From assembly GCA_036769565.1 (NCBI GenBank), contig DAIPKW010000004.1, forward strand, positions 3,669-67,668: a DNA stretch of 64,000 nucleotides, in the 5' to 3' direction. The notes below the pieces were generated by a model, which was given only the letters and a program-made list of their open reading frames with translations, searched no databases and was not told the origin of the DNA. This DNA is from Thermodesulfobacteriota bacterium. Its GTDB lineage: Bacteria; Desulfobacterota; BSN033; UBA1163. The position numbers were made by a program, and so were the translations under genes. This document shows, in pieces, positions 21,119-31,075 of the stretch (positions are counted from its first letter, which is position 1; each line of letters begins with the position of its first letter).

Positions 21119-21447
21119 ATCTATCCCGAACCAAGAGAACCACGGGTCCTTTACGTGGGTGAATTCCGTTAGAAAATATTCAGCTTTCAAATGGGAAGGC
21201 TTATATTCCGATCGAAGCTAAGCTTCGTACTGGAGATGTAGAGGGACTTTCTAACGGGGTGAATGGGTCCTCTGGTACGGGATTTCTTGGGAACCACAGG
21301 GCTTGCCCGTGTGGCTCCATAAGAGGTTCCAGCGGATTAAAGAATGGAAGAATGATTACCCCCAAGGGATCCTTTAACCAGAAAGGGAGATATCTAACAA
21401 GGTTTTCCCTCAGAAGCAAAGATTTCAGGGAAAGGAGGATAAAGGCG

Positions 21448-21762
21448 ATGACAAAGGTCGATATTGTAGAGGCCATTTACGAGAAGGTCGGGTTTTCGAA
21501 GAAGGAGGTGGCTAAAATTGTGGAGTCCATCTTCGACATCATGAAGAATCATCTCCAGCACGAAAACAAGATCAAAATCTCGGGATTTGGAAATTTCGTC
21601 GTCCGGAATAAGAGGTCAAGGCGGGGGCGCAACCCACAGACAGGGGACGATATTGAGATCACACCGAGGAGGATTTTGACTTTCAAGCCGAGCCAGGTGT
21701 TAAAAGCAAGCCTCAATCGGAAAGAGACCCAGGAGACAGAGGCAGCCCCGCGGAGTGAGTGA
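21448..21762 (+). CDS. ihfA: integration host factor subunit alpha (HU/IHF family)
   Basis: 'MTKVDIVEAIYEKVGFSKKEVAKIVESIFDIM...ISGFGNF...RNPQTGDDIEI'. ATG at 21448 with SD aaaggagg. It follows pheT as in E. coli. Confidence 0.85.
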   Translation: MTKVDIVEAIYEKVGFSKKEVAKIVESIFDIMKNHLQHENKIKISGFGNFVVRNKRSRRGRNPQTGDDIEITPRRILTFKPSQVLKASLNRKETQETEAAPRSE

Positions 21763-21881
21763 GTTCCGATCCGATGAAGCAGGGAATCCGGAAAGGGATG
21801 AGCGCAAACGGAGGTTCAAATCTCTTTGGCCCTGTTTCTATCCCTAAAAGAATAATCCGGATCAGCGAATGAGGTGGTCAA

Positions 21882-22280
21882 ATGGTAACCCGATTAATGA
21901 GTAAACAAGAAGTGGAATATCCGATTTCCCAAGATCGACTCTATTACCGGATTGGGGAGGTAAGTCGAATTACAGGGATCAAGCCGCATGTCCTTCGTTA
22001 CTGGGAGTCGGAGTTCAAAGTCATCAAGCCTCATAAAGGAGGATCGCTTCAGCGTCTCTACCGCAGAAAGGATCTCGACCTTATCCTGAAGATCAAAAAG
22101 CTTCTCTACGAGGAAGGGTTCACCATCTCAGGAGCAAAGAAGAAGATCAAAGAGCTTGAGCGCACAGAGCACAACAGGGTGAAACTGAGGTTGGTTGAAA
22201 AGAGACCCAATGGAAAGGATCGAGAGCTCCTGTTGGCAATCCGAGAAGAGCTCAAAGGGATTCGACGATTGTTGGAATAG
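21882..22280 (+). CDS. MerR family transcriptional regulator
   Basis: N-terminal HTH 'YYRIGEVSRITGIKPHVLRYWESEF', 132 aa, and a coiled-coil C-terminus. Confidence 0.75.
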   Translation: MVTRLMSKQEVEYPISQDRLYYRIGEVSRITGIKPHVLRYWESEFKVIKPHKGGSLQRLYRRKDLDLILKIKKLLYEEGFTISGAKKKIKELERTEHNRVKLRLVEKRPNGKDRELLLAIREELKGIRRLLE

Positions 22281-22494
22281 GTGTTCGATAAGGGGAGGTA
22301 TGCATCCCATCCCATTCTTATTGCACACTGGACTTTTGGGGAGGAATTGAATATATATTGAAATATATGATTCAGGAATAATGGATTATTGGAATAAGGG
22401 AGAGAGGAGTATTAAGGGCACCTAAAAATAAATATCCATTCTTTTTCACCCGATCTTCCAGTTTTTCATTATTTCATCATTCCATTGTTTTTAT

Positions 22495-22573
<79 letters not shown>

Positions 22574-22590
22574 TTCCCTCTCGATGATGT

Positions 22591-23346
22591 ATGACCAAGC
22601 CGTTCCGCATTTTAGTGACCAATGACGATGGCATTCATTCGAAAGGCATTCACGTATTAGCAAGGGCTCTCGAAGAAATTGGGGAAGTTTTCATCGTTGC
22701 TCCAGATCGGGAGAGGAGCGCCATTGCTCATTCTCTGACCTTGCATCGTCCTCTTCGAGCGGAAAGAATCAGGAAAAATGTCTATGCGGTCGATGGGACT
22801 CCAGCCGATTGCGTCTATCTTGGGGTCAATGCCATTCTGCCCGGTCAGCCACAACTTGTCGTTTCAGGGATCAACCAGGGAGGAAATTTGGGAGACGACG
22901 TGACCTATTCCGGAACGGTTTCGGCTGCCTTTGAAGGGACCCTCTTAGGGATTCCATCTTTTGCTATCTCTCTGGTTGCAAGGAGCCATTTCAAATTCAA
23001 AACGGCTGCTCGTTTTGCCCAGAGGGTAGCGCGCCATATCCTCGAGAAAGGACTTCCCAAAGATACCTTGCTCAATATCAACGTTCCCAATCTCGATGAA
23101 AGCGAGATCAAATCCTATAAAATCACTCAACAGGGGAGATGGACCCATAATGGAAGTGCAGTCGTGGAGAAGATGGACCCCCGCGGTAAAAAGTACTACT
23201 GGATCGGCGAAGGGCCGCTCATCTTCGATCAGAGGGGAGAGACGGATTACGAGGCAATATCCCATTCCTATATTTCCATCACTCCGCTCCACCTCGATAT
23301 GACAAACTACTCATCCATCCATACGCTGAAGAAGTGGAGATTGTAA
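22591..23346 (+). CDS. surE: 5'/3'-nucleotidase SurE
   Basis: '[16 protein letters not shown]' and '[19 protein letters not shown]' SurE motifs, 251 aa. Confidence 0.9.
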   Translation: MTKPFRILVTNDDGIHSKGIHVLARALEEIGEVFIVAPDRERSAIAHSLTLHRPLRAERIRKNVYAVDGTPADCVYLGVNAILPGQPQLVVSGINQGGNLGDDVTYSGTVSAAFEGTLLGIPSFAISLVARSHFKFKTAARFAQRVARHILEKGLPKDTLLNINVPNLDESEIKSYKITQQGRWTHNGSAVVEKMDPRGKKYYWIGEGPLIFDQRGETDYEAISHSYISITPLHLDMTNYSSIHTLKKWRL

Positions 23347-23379
23347 AAAGAGAAGAATCAATGATGAAGGAGGGAAGGA

Positions 23380-24480
23380 ATGATGACGACACTTAGCATC
23401 ATTAAAGCGGATATCGGAAGCATTGGAGGACATATCCAGCCAAGCGAGAAGCTGATGGCAGAGGTGCGAAATTTTGTGGCAGAAAAGGGAAAGGGGTTCG
23501 TCTCCGATTTCTTTGTGAGCCACACTGGGGATGATGTGGCCATCCTTTTCTCCCATGGATTGGGCAAAGGCAGTGAGAAGATTCATCAGTTGGCATGGGA
23601 TGCCTTTGTGGCAGGAACCAGAGTGGCAAAGGAGCAGGGGCTTTATGGAGCGGGCCAGGATCTGCTCAAAGACTCCTTCTCAGGCAATGTGAAAGGGATG
23701 GGCCCCGCTGTTGCAGAGATGGAATTTGAGGAGAGACCGAATGAGCCATTTCTCTTTTTCGCTGCAGACAAGACGGATCCTGGAGCCTATAATTTACCCC
23801 TCTATTTGGCTTTTGCGGATCCCATGTACAATGCCGGTTTGATCCTCAGCCCTTCGATGAACAAGGGGTTTAAGTTTGTCATTATGGATGTCAGCTATAC
23901 GGAAGGAGATCGAGTCATTGAATTGAATGCTCCTGAGGAGATCTACGATATCGCGGCTCTTCTAAGGGACAACCAACGGTTTGTGGTAGAAGCCATCTAT
24001 TCACGAAACAACGGAGAGATCGCTGTGGCCGTAAGCACTACCCGACTTCATAATATCGCTGGGAAATATACAGGGAAGGACGATCCGGTGATGCTGGTGA
24101 GAGTTCAAGGGGCCTTTCCAGCCACTGGCGAAGTGCTTGCTCCATTTAATATTGGCCATTACGTGGCTGGGTTTATGAGGGGCAGTCATACAGGCCCACT
24201 CATGCCTGTAAAGATGAACTCATCCATCTCGTATTTCGATGGACCACCTGTGGTCTGTTGTCTTGCCTTCTGCGTCCATAAAGGGAAACTGACCGAACCG
24301 GCCGATGCCTTTGATCATCCCTACTGGGATTGGGTGAGGAATAAGGTTTCTCAAAAAGCGACCGACATGCGACAGCAGGGTTTTTCAGGAGCCGCCATGC
24401 TCCCTTATAATGAACTCGAATATGGCGGCATTGTTGAAAAGATGGGAATACTTGATAGAAAGTTCAAAGTACGGGTGTAA
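23380..24480 (+). CDS. fbp: bifunctional fructose-1,6-bisphosphate aldolase/phosphatase (class V, archaeal type)
   Basis: 'LSIIKADIGSIGGH', 'GQDLLKDSFSGNVKGMGP', 'GKYTGKDDPVMLVRVQ', 'MRGSHTGPLMPV' and 'FDGPP' are all conserved blocks of FBP aldolase/phosphatase. Length is about 366 aa. Confidence 0.85.
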   Translation: MMTTLSIIKADIGSIGGHIQPSEKLMAEVRNFVAEKGKGFVSDFFVSHTGDDVAILFSHGLGKGSEKIHQLAWDAFVAGTRVAKEQGLYGAGQDLLKDSFSGNVKGMGPAVAEMEFEERPNEPFLFFAADKTDPGAYNLPLYLAFADPMYNAGLILSPSMNKGFKFVIMDVSYTEGDRVIELNAPEEIYDIAALLRDNQRFVVEAIYSRNNGEIAVAVSTTRLHNIAGKYTGKDDPVMLVRVQGAFPATGEVLAPFNIGHYVAGFMRGSHTGPLMPVKMNSSISYFDGPPVVCCLAFCVHKGKLTEPADAFDHPYWDWVRNKVSQKATDMRQQGFSGAAMLPYNELEYGGIVEKMGILDRKFKVRV

Positions 24481-24653
24481 GAAATTCCAAGGACCTAATC
24501 CCAAATTCCAAATAAGCACCAAGATACCAATTTTCAAGAAAGCATTTGAAGTATTGGAATTTGTGATTTGTTTGGGATTTGGATCATCGGATTTAGAATT
24601 TCATTTTTATGTAATTTTTTGCAACGGTGAGGGTTACTTAGAGGAAACGTCAG

Positions 24654-25987
24654 TGGAGAAGAGAGTCTACATCGAAACCTATGGTTGTCAGATGAATGAG
24701 CATGACTCCGAGCGAATGCTTCGGCTCTTGGAAGGATCGTCCTATCAGGAGACCAATGACCCTCAGAAGGCAGACCTCATCATCATCAATACCTGTAGTG
24801 TCCGAGAGAAACCGGAGCAGAAGCTCTATAGCGCCCTTGGAAGATTTAAAAGGTTAAAGCAGGCGAAGGGAACGATCATCGGAGTGACAGGTTGTGTTGC
24901 CCAACAGGAAGGAGAAAAATTATTCAACCGGATTCCTTACCTGGACATGGTTATTGGAACTCAAGCCATTCCAATGATACCGAAGATTCTGCAACGGGTG
25001 GAGGTAGAAGGTGAGAAAGTATGTGAAACGAAGTTCGATGAAGAAGGGACCTATTTAAAAAAGGTTTTACCCTCAGGCCTCCCTGTTAAAGTTAAATCCT
25101 TTGTGACGATCATGCAGGGATGCGATCATTTCTGTTCATACTGCATTGTTCCCTATGTAAGAGGAAGGGAGAGAAGTCGGCCAAGCGCAGAGATTCTTGA
25201 AGAGATAAGCCATCTGGCAGCAAAGGGAGTGAAGGAGGTTTTTCTGCTTGGACAGAATGTGAACGGATATGGGAAAGGCTTAAAGGGAGAGATAGGCTTT
25301 CCAGAACTTCTTCGTCGTATTAATGAAATTGAAGGAATCGAACGAATCCGATTTACCACTTCGCATCCCAAGGATCTATCAGAAGACCTCATCTGCGCCT
25401 TTTCAAGTCTCTCAAAACTCTGTGAACATATCCATCTTCCCTTTCAATCGGGATCCGATCGAATTTTGGAGAGGATGCACCGAGATTACTCAAGGGCTCA
25501 ATATCTTGAGAGAATTGAACGTTTGCGCGAGAAATGCTCTGGGATTGCCATCTCCGCTGATGTGATCGTCGGATTTCCTGGAGAGGGAGAGGAGGATTTC
25601 CATCAGACCTTGGACCTGATCGAGAGGGTTCGATTCGACGACCTCTTCTCTTTTAAATATTCACCCCGAAAGGGTACACAAGCGGCCCAGTTCGAGGGAT
25701 CGGTTAAAGAGGAGATTAAACAGGGGCGATTGACCCTTCTTCAGACGATTCAGCGGGAGATCACCCTGCAGAAGAATCAAGCCTATGAAGGCCGAACAGA
25801 GGAGGTTCTGGTAGAAGGCCGAAGCAAACAGAGCGAACAGGACCTAACTGGGAGAACCCGCACTAACAAAATTGTCAATTTTAAAGGTGATTCGAACCTC
25901 ATTGGTCAACTGATTTCGGTTAAGATCACAAAGGGTTACGCTCATTCCCTCAGGGGCGAGATCTTGGCTCCTGAGGCGGTTCATTAA
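24654..25987 (+). CDS. miaB: tRNA-2-methylthio-N6-dimethylallyladenosine synthase MiaB
   Basis: 'VYIETYGCQMNEHDSE' MTTase N-domain, radical-SAM 'CDHFCSYCIVP' and a TRAM C-terminus. The likely start is GTG 24654; the ORF caller's upstream extension to 24410 overlaps fbp. Confidence 0.85.
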
Positions 25988-26011
25988 GATTCAAAAACAG
26001 AGGGAAATGAC

Positions 26012-27001
26012 ATGTATCGATTTGAGCAGACTTTTATGAATTTTCTCCTTCAACACCAGGAGAGACATAAACGGACCTACCATTTTCTTATCCTGATGGA
26101 CGCCTTGATCAGTTCGGCCAAGCATATCCAACATTATTATCTCACGGGGGCCTTGAAGGGAAATCTCGACTCAGCGGAAGATGTCAATGTCCAGGGTGAG
26201 GATGTCATGCGAATGGATCGAATAGCCCAAGAGGTGACGCTCTACTATCTAAAATCCTCAGGTCGGGTCATTCATGCGATCAGTGAAGAGTCCGATGAAA
26301 TCATCCCCATCCATCCTGAGGGTGGACGTTATTTCGTCTATTTTGACCCCCTGGATGGCTCTTCCAACATTCCCCATGGTCTACCAGTGGGTTTTTTATT
26401 CGGTATTGCCAAACGAAATCTCGATGGGCCTGAGGACGGTCATCTAAGAGCAGGAAAGGATTATATTGCAGCGGGGATGTTTGTGATCCCAACCGGCACA
26501 TTCACCCTTGGGCTCAAAGAGGCAGGAGCATGGAGGTTTCATATTGACGAGACCATGACATTTGTCCGACCGACACGGATCTGGTTACCTGAAGATATGA
26601 AGAACTGGGAATTGTCATTTAACGCTTCCAATCGGCATACATATGCGGAGCGGGTTCAGAAATGGATTCTGGAAAATGAGAGCCGATATGCCTTTCGATA
26701 CCTGGGTGCGTTGGCCGGAGATTTTCACAGAGTCCTGTCCAACGGTGGCATGTTTATGTATCCTGCCATTGTCAATCATCCTAATCCGAAAAAGAATCGT
26801 CCCGAAGGTAAATTGCGCCTGATGTATGAGGCGGCGGTTGTTGCCTTCATCTGCCGTGAAGCAGGAGGGGCGGCAGTCAATGAAGAAGGAATCCCTATTC
26901 TCGATATCCAACCAACCAAACACCACCAGCGGACAGCCCTCTATGTCGGATCAAAAAGATTGGTCGATGATATTACAAAAGTCTTAAAGGAGAAAGGGTA
27001 A
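26012..27001 (+). CDS. fbp: fructose-1,6-bisphosphatase class 1
   Basis: 'NVQGEDVMRMDRIAQEV' and the 'FDPLDGSSNI' metal-binding motif, 329 aa. Confidence 0.85.
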   Translation: MYRFEQTFMNFLLQHQERHKRTYHFLILMDALISSAKHIQHYYLTGALKGNLDSAEDVNVQGEDVMRMDRIAQEVTLYYLKSSGRVIHAISEESDEIIPIHPEGGRYFVYFDPLDGSSNIPHGLPVGFLFGIAKRNLDGPEDGHLRAGKDYIAAGMFVIPTGTFTLGLKEAGAWRFHIDETMTFVRPTRIWLPEDMKNWELSFNASNRHTYAERVQKWILENESRYAFRYLGALAGDFHRVLSNGGMFMYPAIVNHPNPKKNRPEGKLRLMYEAAVVAFICREAGGAAVNEEGIPILDIQPTKHHQRTALYVGSKRLVDDITKVLKEKG

Positions 27002-27047
27002 GAGATATTGATTGACTTACTTCCTTCCGTCACAAAAAGGAGAGACC

Positions 27048-28340
27048 ATGGCAAAAACAGAGATATCTAAAAAGGATTTTGAAAAAGCGCTCCAGGTTGG
27101 ACGTCCCCCTAACATCCAGAGACTTTTTCCCAATTCAAGGGCATTGATCGTGAGCGGAAAGGTGATTGACCGTGCCATGAGGGCCAAAGGCAAGGCCATG
27201 GCCATGGCCGCAAATGCGAGAAACCAACTGATCATTCGGGGAGTGCTCCAGGCTGCGCAGAAGGCCAATGCCGCTGTCATCATTGAGATCGCTAAATCTG
27301 AAGGAGGCACAAAGGCCTATTGTGCGGTGAACTACTGGAATATGGCTACGTTCGTCGATGCGATCTGTAACGAGTTAGGGATTACCATTCCCGTTGCCAT
27401 CCATGCAGACCATTATGGAATCCGGAGCGAAAAGGATCTCTCCGCAGCCAAAGTGGAGATCCCCAGTTTCTTCGAGGCCGGCATGACCTCGATCGCGATT
27501 GACGCCTCCCATCTCCCAGATGACCAGAATTTATTGGCCAATATCGCCATTCATCCCTACATCCCCCCATGGGCAGGCCTTGAAACGGAGGTGGGAGAGA
27601 TCAAGGGCGAGCAGGGACTTTCCACGGTAGAAGAGGCGCTCTTTCTCATCCAGGGCTTGAATGCACATGATATCTTCCCTGACTGGATTGCCTTAAATAA
27701 TGGGACGACCCATGGCATTGAGGAGAAGGATTCTGGAATCCAGGTTCAATTGACCGCAGACATCCACAGGGCCTTGGAGAAGTACCAGATTTCAGGTGCC
27801 CAGCATGGAACCTCGGGCAACAGTTCTGAGAGGCTTCGTCAGATCGTTCAAAAAACCCAAACGACTAAAGCCAATGTGGCCACAGCCCTTCAGATGATCT
27901 CTTGGGGCGTCCAGGTGAATGATTACGGAAATGCGATCCTTGATGCAAATGGGAACTTTAGCAAAGTGGAAGGGGAAGGGATGACCGAAGAGTTATGGGC
28001 AGAGATGGTGTCGTATGCTCAAACGAAAAACTGGAAGAAAGGGGATTATAAGAATCTGAATCTTCCATTTGAAAATAAACTTTTCGCCCAGCCCAAAGAG
28101 ATCAGAGATCGGATGGCTAAAGGTGTTGAAGAATTCGCTTATAGAATGATGACCGAAGTCTTTAACTGTCAGGATACTGCCCCTTATGCCATTGAGGCCA
28201 TTTTGCAGAGAGGCTCCTATGATCTCGGTCCTAAAGCGACGCGCATCGAAGATCCTTCCGATTGGACCGAAGGCAAGATCGTCGAACGGGCCTCTGGCCT
28301 GGTAAGCGATAAAGGACCTGCTGGCAAATTTGATGATTAA
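27048..28340 (+). CDS. class II (metal-dependent) fructose/ketose-bisphosphate aldolase family protein, long form
   Basis: 'IPVAIHADHYGI', 'MTSIAIDASHL' and 'NNGTTHGIEE' align with E. coli FbaA blocks 'HTDH', 'MIDLSEE' and 'GNVHGVY'. ATG at 27048 with SD aaaggagag. Confidence 0.7.
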   Translation: MAKTEISKKDFEKALQVGRPPNIQRLFPNSRALIVSGKVIDRAMRAKGKAMAMAANARNQLIIRGVLQAAQKANAAVIIEIAKSEGGTKAYCAVNYWNMATFVDAICNELGITIPVAIHADHYGIRSEKDLSAAKVEIPSFFEAGMTSIAIDASHLPDDQNLLANIAIHPYIPPWAGLETEVGEIKGEQGLSTVEEALFLIQGLNAHDIFPDWIALNNGTTHGIEEKDSGIQVQLTADIHRALEKYQISGAQHGTSGNSSERLRQIVQKTQTTKANVATALQMISWGVQVNDYGNAILDANGNFSKVEGEGMTEELWAEMVSYAQTKNWKKGDYKNLNLPFENKLFAQPKEIRDRMAKGVEEFAYRMMTEVFNCQDTAPYAIEAILQRGSYDLGPKATRIEDPSDWTEGKIVERASGLVSDKGPAGKFDD

Positions 28341-28352
28341 GAAATAGGAAGA

Positions 28353-29681
28353 TCAGGCCTTTACGATCTTATTCTTCCACTGCTTCATCCCTTTTGTCAC
28401 ATTCCGAGTGTCGATGATCAGTGGTGCGTGCTTTACCACCCATTTATAATCCACCGAGCTATGGTCTGTTACGATGACAGCGGCATCGATTCGGCGAAGC
28501 AAAGAGCTGGTTAAGGAGACAGATTTAAGTTTGAAGGTGTATTTCCGGAAAGATGGCAGAACCGGAATAAAGGGGTCGTGATAGAGAAGGGTAGCCCCTT
28601 TATTTTGAAGCAGATCCATGATGGCCAGTGCAGGGGATTCACGCGCATCATCCACGTCCTTCTTATAGGCAATCCCAAGGATCAGTATTTTAGATCCCTT
28701 TAAGCTCTTCCCATGTCTGTTGAGCCCGTCTTGAATCTTGGAAACCACATAGTAAGGGACATGGACATTGATCTCTCCAGCAAGCAGGATGAATTTTGTC
28801 GAAAAATCATATTCCTGTGCCTTCCAGGAGAGGTAGTAGGGGTCAATGGGGATGCAATGGCCTCCCATTCCAGGACCTGGATAGAAGGGGGTAAATCCAA
28901 ATGGCTTTGTGCTGGCGGCCTCAATCACCTCCCAGATATCGATTCCCATTCGATCCGAAAGAATCTTCAACTCATTGACCAGTGCAATATTGACGCTTCG
29001 ATAGATATTTTCGAGCAGTTTGGTCAGTTCGGCAACACGGGGCGATGAGACCGGAACGATCTTTTGGATGGCCTGGCCATAGAGCGCGGTAGCCGTTTTT
29101 TTACAGGACGGAGTGACTCCGGAGACCACCTTTGGGATCTGGGAGGTTGTAAAGCTTTTATTACCAGGGTCTTCTCTTTCTGGAGAATAGCCAAGAAAGA
29201 AGTCTCTTCCCACTTTCAAGCCTGTTGATTTCAGTTTGGGCAAAACCAACTCTTCTGTTGTGCCGGGATAGGTGGTGCTTTCCAGAACAATCAATTGTCC
29301 TCTTCTCAGAGAGGACCGAATCGTATCGGTGGTCTTTTCAATATATTGGAGGTCGGGTTCTTTCTTCTCCGTTAATGGTGTTGGGACACAGATAAGTATG
29401 CAATCCGGTTCTTGGAGACGCGAGAAATCATCTGTCGCATCGAATTGACCTTTTTTGACGAAAGATGCAAGCTGAGAAGAAGGGATGGTTTTGATATAAC
29501 TGCGGCCCCTCTTCAAGGTAGAGACCTTTTTTGAATCGACATCGAATCCCAAAACCTGATAGCCAACTTCGCAAAACCGCAAGACCAGAGGAAGGCCCAC
29601 ATAGCCAAGTCCAATGACGCCAATCAAGGCTCTTTTTTGAATTATCTTCTCAATAAGTTGGTCCGCCTTTTTCATCTCCAC
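28353..29681 (-). CDS. nucleotide-sugar dehydrogenase (UDP-GlcNAc/ManNAc 6-dehydrogenase, WbpA/WecC-like)
   Basis: N-terminal Rossmann 'IGVIGLGYVGLPL', the catalytic-Cys region 'GPGMGGHCIPIDPYYL' and 442 aa. Confidence 0.85.
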   Translation of the reverse strand: MEMKKADQLIEKIIQKRALIGVIGLGYVGLPLVLRFCEVGYQVLGFDVDSKKVSTLKRGRSYIKTIPSSQLASFVKKGQFDATDDFSRLQEPDCILICVPTPLTEKKEPDLQYIEKTTDTIRSSLRRGQLIVLESTTYPGTTEELVLPKLKSTGLKVGRDFFLGYSPEREDPGNKSFTTSQIPKVVSGVTPSCKKTATALYGQAIQKIVPVSSPRVAELTKLLENIYRSVNIALVNELKILSDRMGIDIWEVIEAASTKPFGFTPFYPGPGMGGHCIPIDPYYLSWKAQEYDFSTKFILLAGEINVHVPYYVVSKIQDGLNRHGKSLKGSKILILGIAYKKDVDDARESPALAIMDLLQNKGATLLYHDPFIPVLPSFRKYTFKLKSVSLTSSLLRRIDAAVIVTDHSSVDYKWVVKHAPLIIDTRNVTKGMKQWKNKIVKA

Positions 29682-30826
29682 AACATTCCATGATTTCGAT
29701 AGAAGGTTTTAATCCGGTCTACGACCCTCTCCTGTTGTGCTTCGGTCAATTCAGGATAGATCGGTAAGGCCAATGTTTCTCCTGATGCCTTTTCAGCAAC
29801 AGGGAAATCTCCTTGACGATAGTTTAAAAAAGAGAAACATTCCTGCAGATGGAGAGGGAGAGGATAATAGATATCTGTTCCGATTCCTTCTTCTGAAAGG
29901 AATTTTTGAAGCGGATCTCTCTTCGGGACACGGATGACATATTGATTGAAGATATGGCGATTTTGATACTGGATGGCTGGAAGTTTCAACGCCTCCATGT
30001 TCGAACAAATATCCTGAAAGAGCTCTCCATATTTTTGAGCATGCCTCTGTCTTGCCTCTGTCCATTTTTCAAGGTATCTGAATTTCACAAGAAGAATGGC
30101 AGCTTGAATCGTATCGAGACGGCTATTGATCCCAATCCATTTATGATAGTATTTTGGCTGACTTCCATGGACCCTCAGAAGCCGAACCTTTTCTGCCAAA
30201 GTGGGATCATTGGTCACAACCATTCCCGCATCGCCAAAAGCTCCTAAATTCTTTGTGGGATAGAAGGAGAAACATCCCAGATTCCCCATCTGACCGGCTC
30301 TTCGGCCTGTTGAACTGGAATTGGGATGATATTCTGAGCCCAAGGCCTGAGCGGCATCTTCGATCACAGGGATCTGTTTCGCATTCGAAATCTGCAAGAT
30401 CGGATCCATATCTGCACACTGCCCAAAGAGATGGACAGGTATGATCGCTTTTGTTTTTGGGGTGATCTTTTCTTCAATTTTCGTAGGATCAATATTGTAA
30501 GTGTCGGAATCGATATCGACAAAGACCGGGATTGCTCCAATACGCGAGACGGAACCGGCCGTTGCGAAGAAAGTGAAGGGGGGCATGATCACTTCATCTC
30601 CGGGTCCGATCCCTAATGCCATGAGAGCGAGCAAAAGAGCATCCGATCCTGAGGCGACTCCAATCGCATATTGGGTCTGACAGTATTGAGCGATTGTCTT
30701 TTCCAGAGTTTGTACCTGGGGTCCCATGATGAACTGCTGGGTTTCAAAGACTTCATCAATGGCCGATTGGATATCATTTTTCAGAGAGAGGGATTGAGAT
30801 TTGAGATCAAAAAAGGGAACTTTCAT
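29672..30826 (-). CDS. DegT/DnrJ/EryC1/StrS family PLP-dependent sugar aminotransferase
   Basis: 'FFDLK...MGPQVQTLE', the 'YPTKNLGAFGDAGMV' PLP-lysine region and 384 aa. It overlaps the downstream dehydrogenase by 10 nt. Confidence 0.85.
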   Translation of the reverse strand: MKVPFFDLKSQSLSLKNDIQSAIDEVFETQQFIMGPQVQTLEKTIAQYCQTQYAIGVASGSDALLLALMALGIGPGDEVIMPPFTFFATAGSVSRIGAIPVFVDIDSDTYNIDPTKIEEKITPKTKAIIPVHLFGQCADMDPILQISNAKQIPVIEDAAQALGSEYHPNSSSTGRRAGQMGNLGCFSFYPTKNLGAFGDAGMVVTNDPTLAEKVRLLRVHGSQPKYYHKWIGINSRLDTIQAAILLVKFRYLEKWTEARQRHAQKYGELFQDICSNMEALKLPAIQYQNRHIFNQYVIRVPKRDPLQKFLSEEGIGTDIYYPLPLHLQECFSFLNYRQGDFPVAEKASGETLALPIYPELTEAQQERVVDRIKTFYRNHGMLWR

Positions 30827-31075
30827 TTATAGGATTCTCCAATTTTTAGGCAAAGATACGGACTTGAAAATAAGATAAAAAAATTGGATAGTCAAGGCAA
30901 TATCTTTTTGAAAAAAGTTAAAGGTTTCAAGGTTAAGGCAAGGAGGCCAGTTTTGATAATGCCTGCTTGGGGTAGGCAAGGGTTAGCTCATCCTAACCCT
31001 CACCTTAGCCTTTGCCAAAGACCTATTTTCAACTTTAACAATTGATGCTTCTGTACGAAAAATTCCAAGAGAATT

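Noticed and set aside
21259-21762. 167-aa ORF that fuses 63 upstream codons to ihfA
   Set aside because: The upstream part has no SD and lies in a hairpin-rich non-coding region. The ATG at 21448 has an AAAGGAGG SD and yields a canonical 105-aa IHF/HU protein.
21763-21881. tRNA-like T-loop motif 'cggaggttcaaatctc' in the ihfA-merR spacer
   Set aside because: The flanks cannot form a 7-bp acceptor stem, D-arm or anticodon arm. Only the GGTTCAAATC string matches, so it is a chance similarity and not a tRNA or tmRNA.
24410-24653. Upstream extension of the miaB ORF overlapping the end of the FBP aldolase/phosphatase gene
   Set aside because: MiaB homology begins at 'VYIETYGCQMNEHD'. The GTG at 24654 with an upstream GAGG gives a typical roughly 444-aa MiaB. 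The extension is low-complexity and overlaps fbp in another frame.
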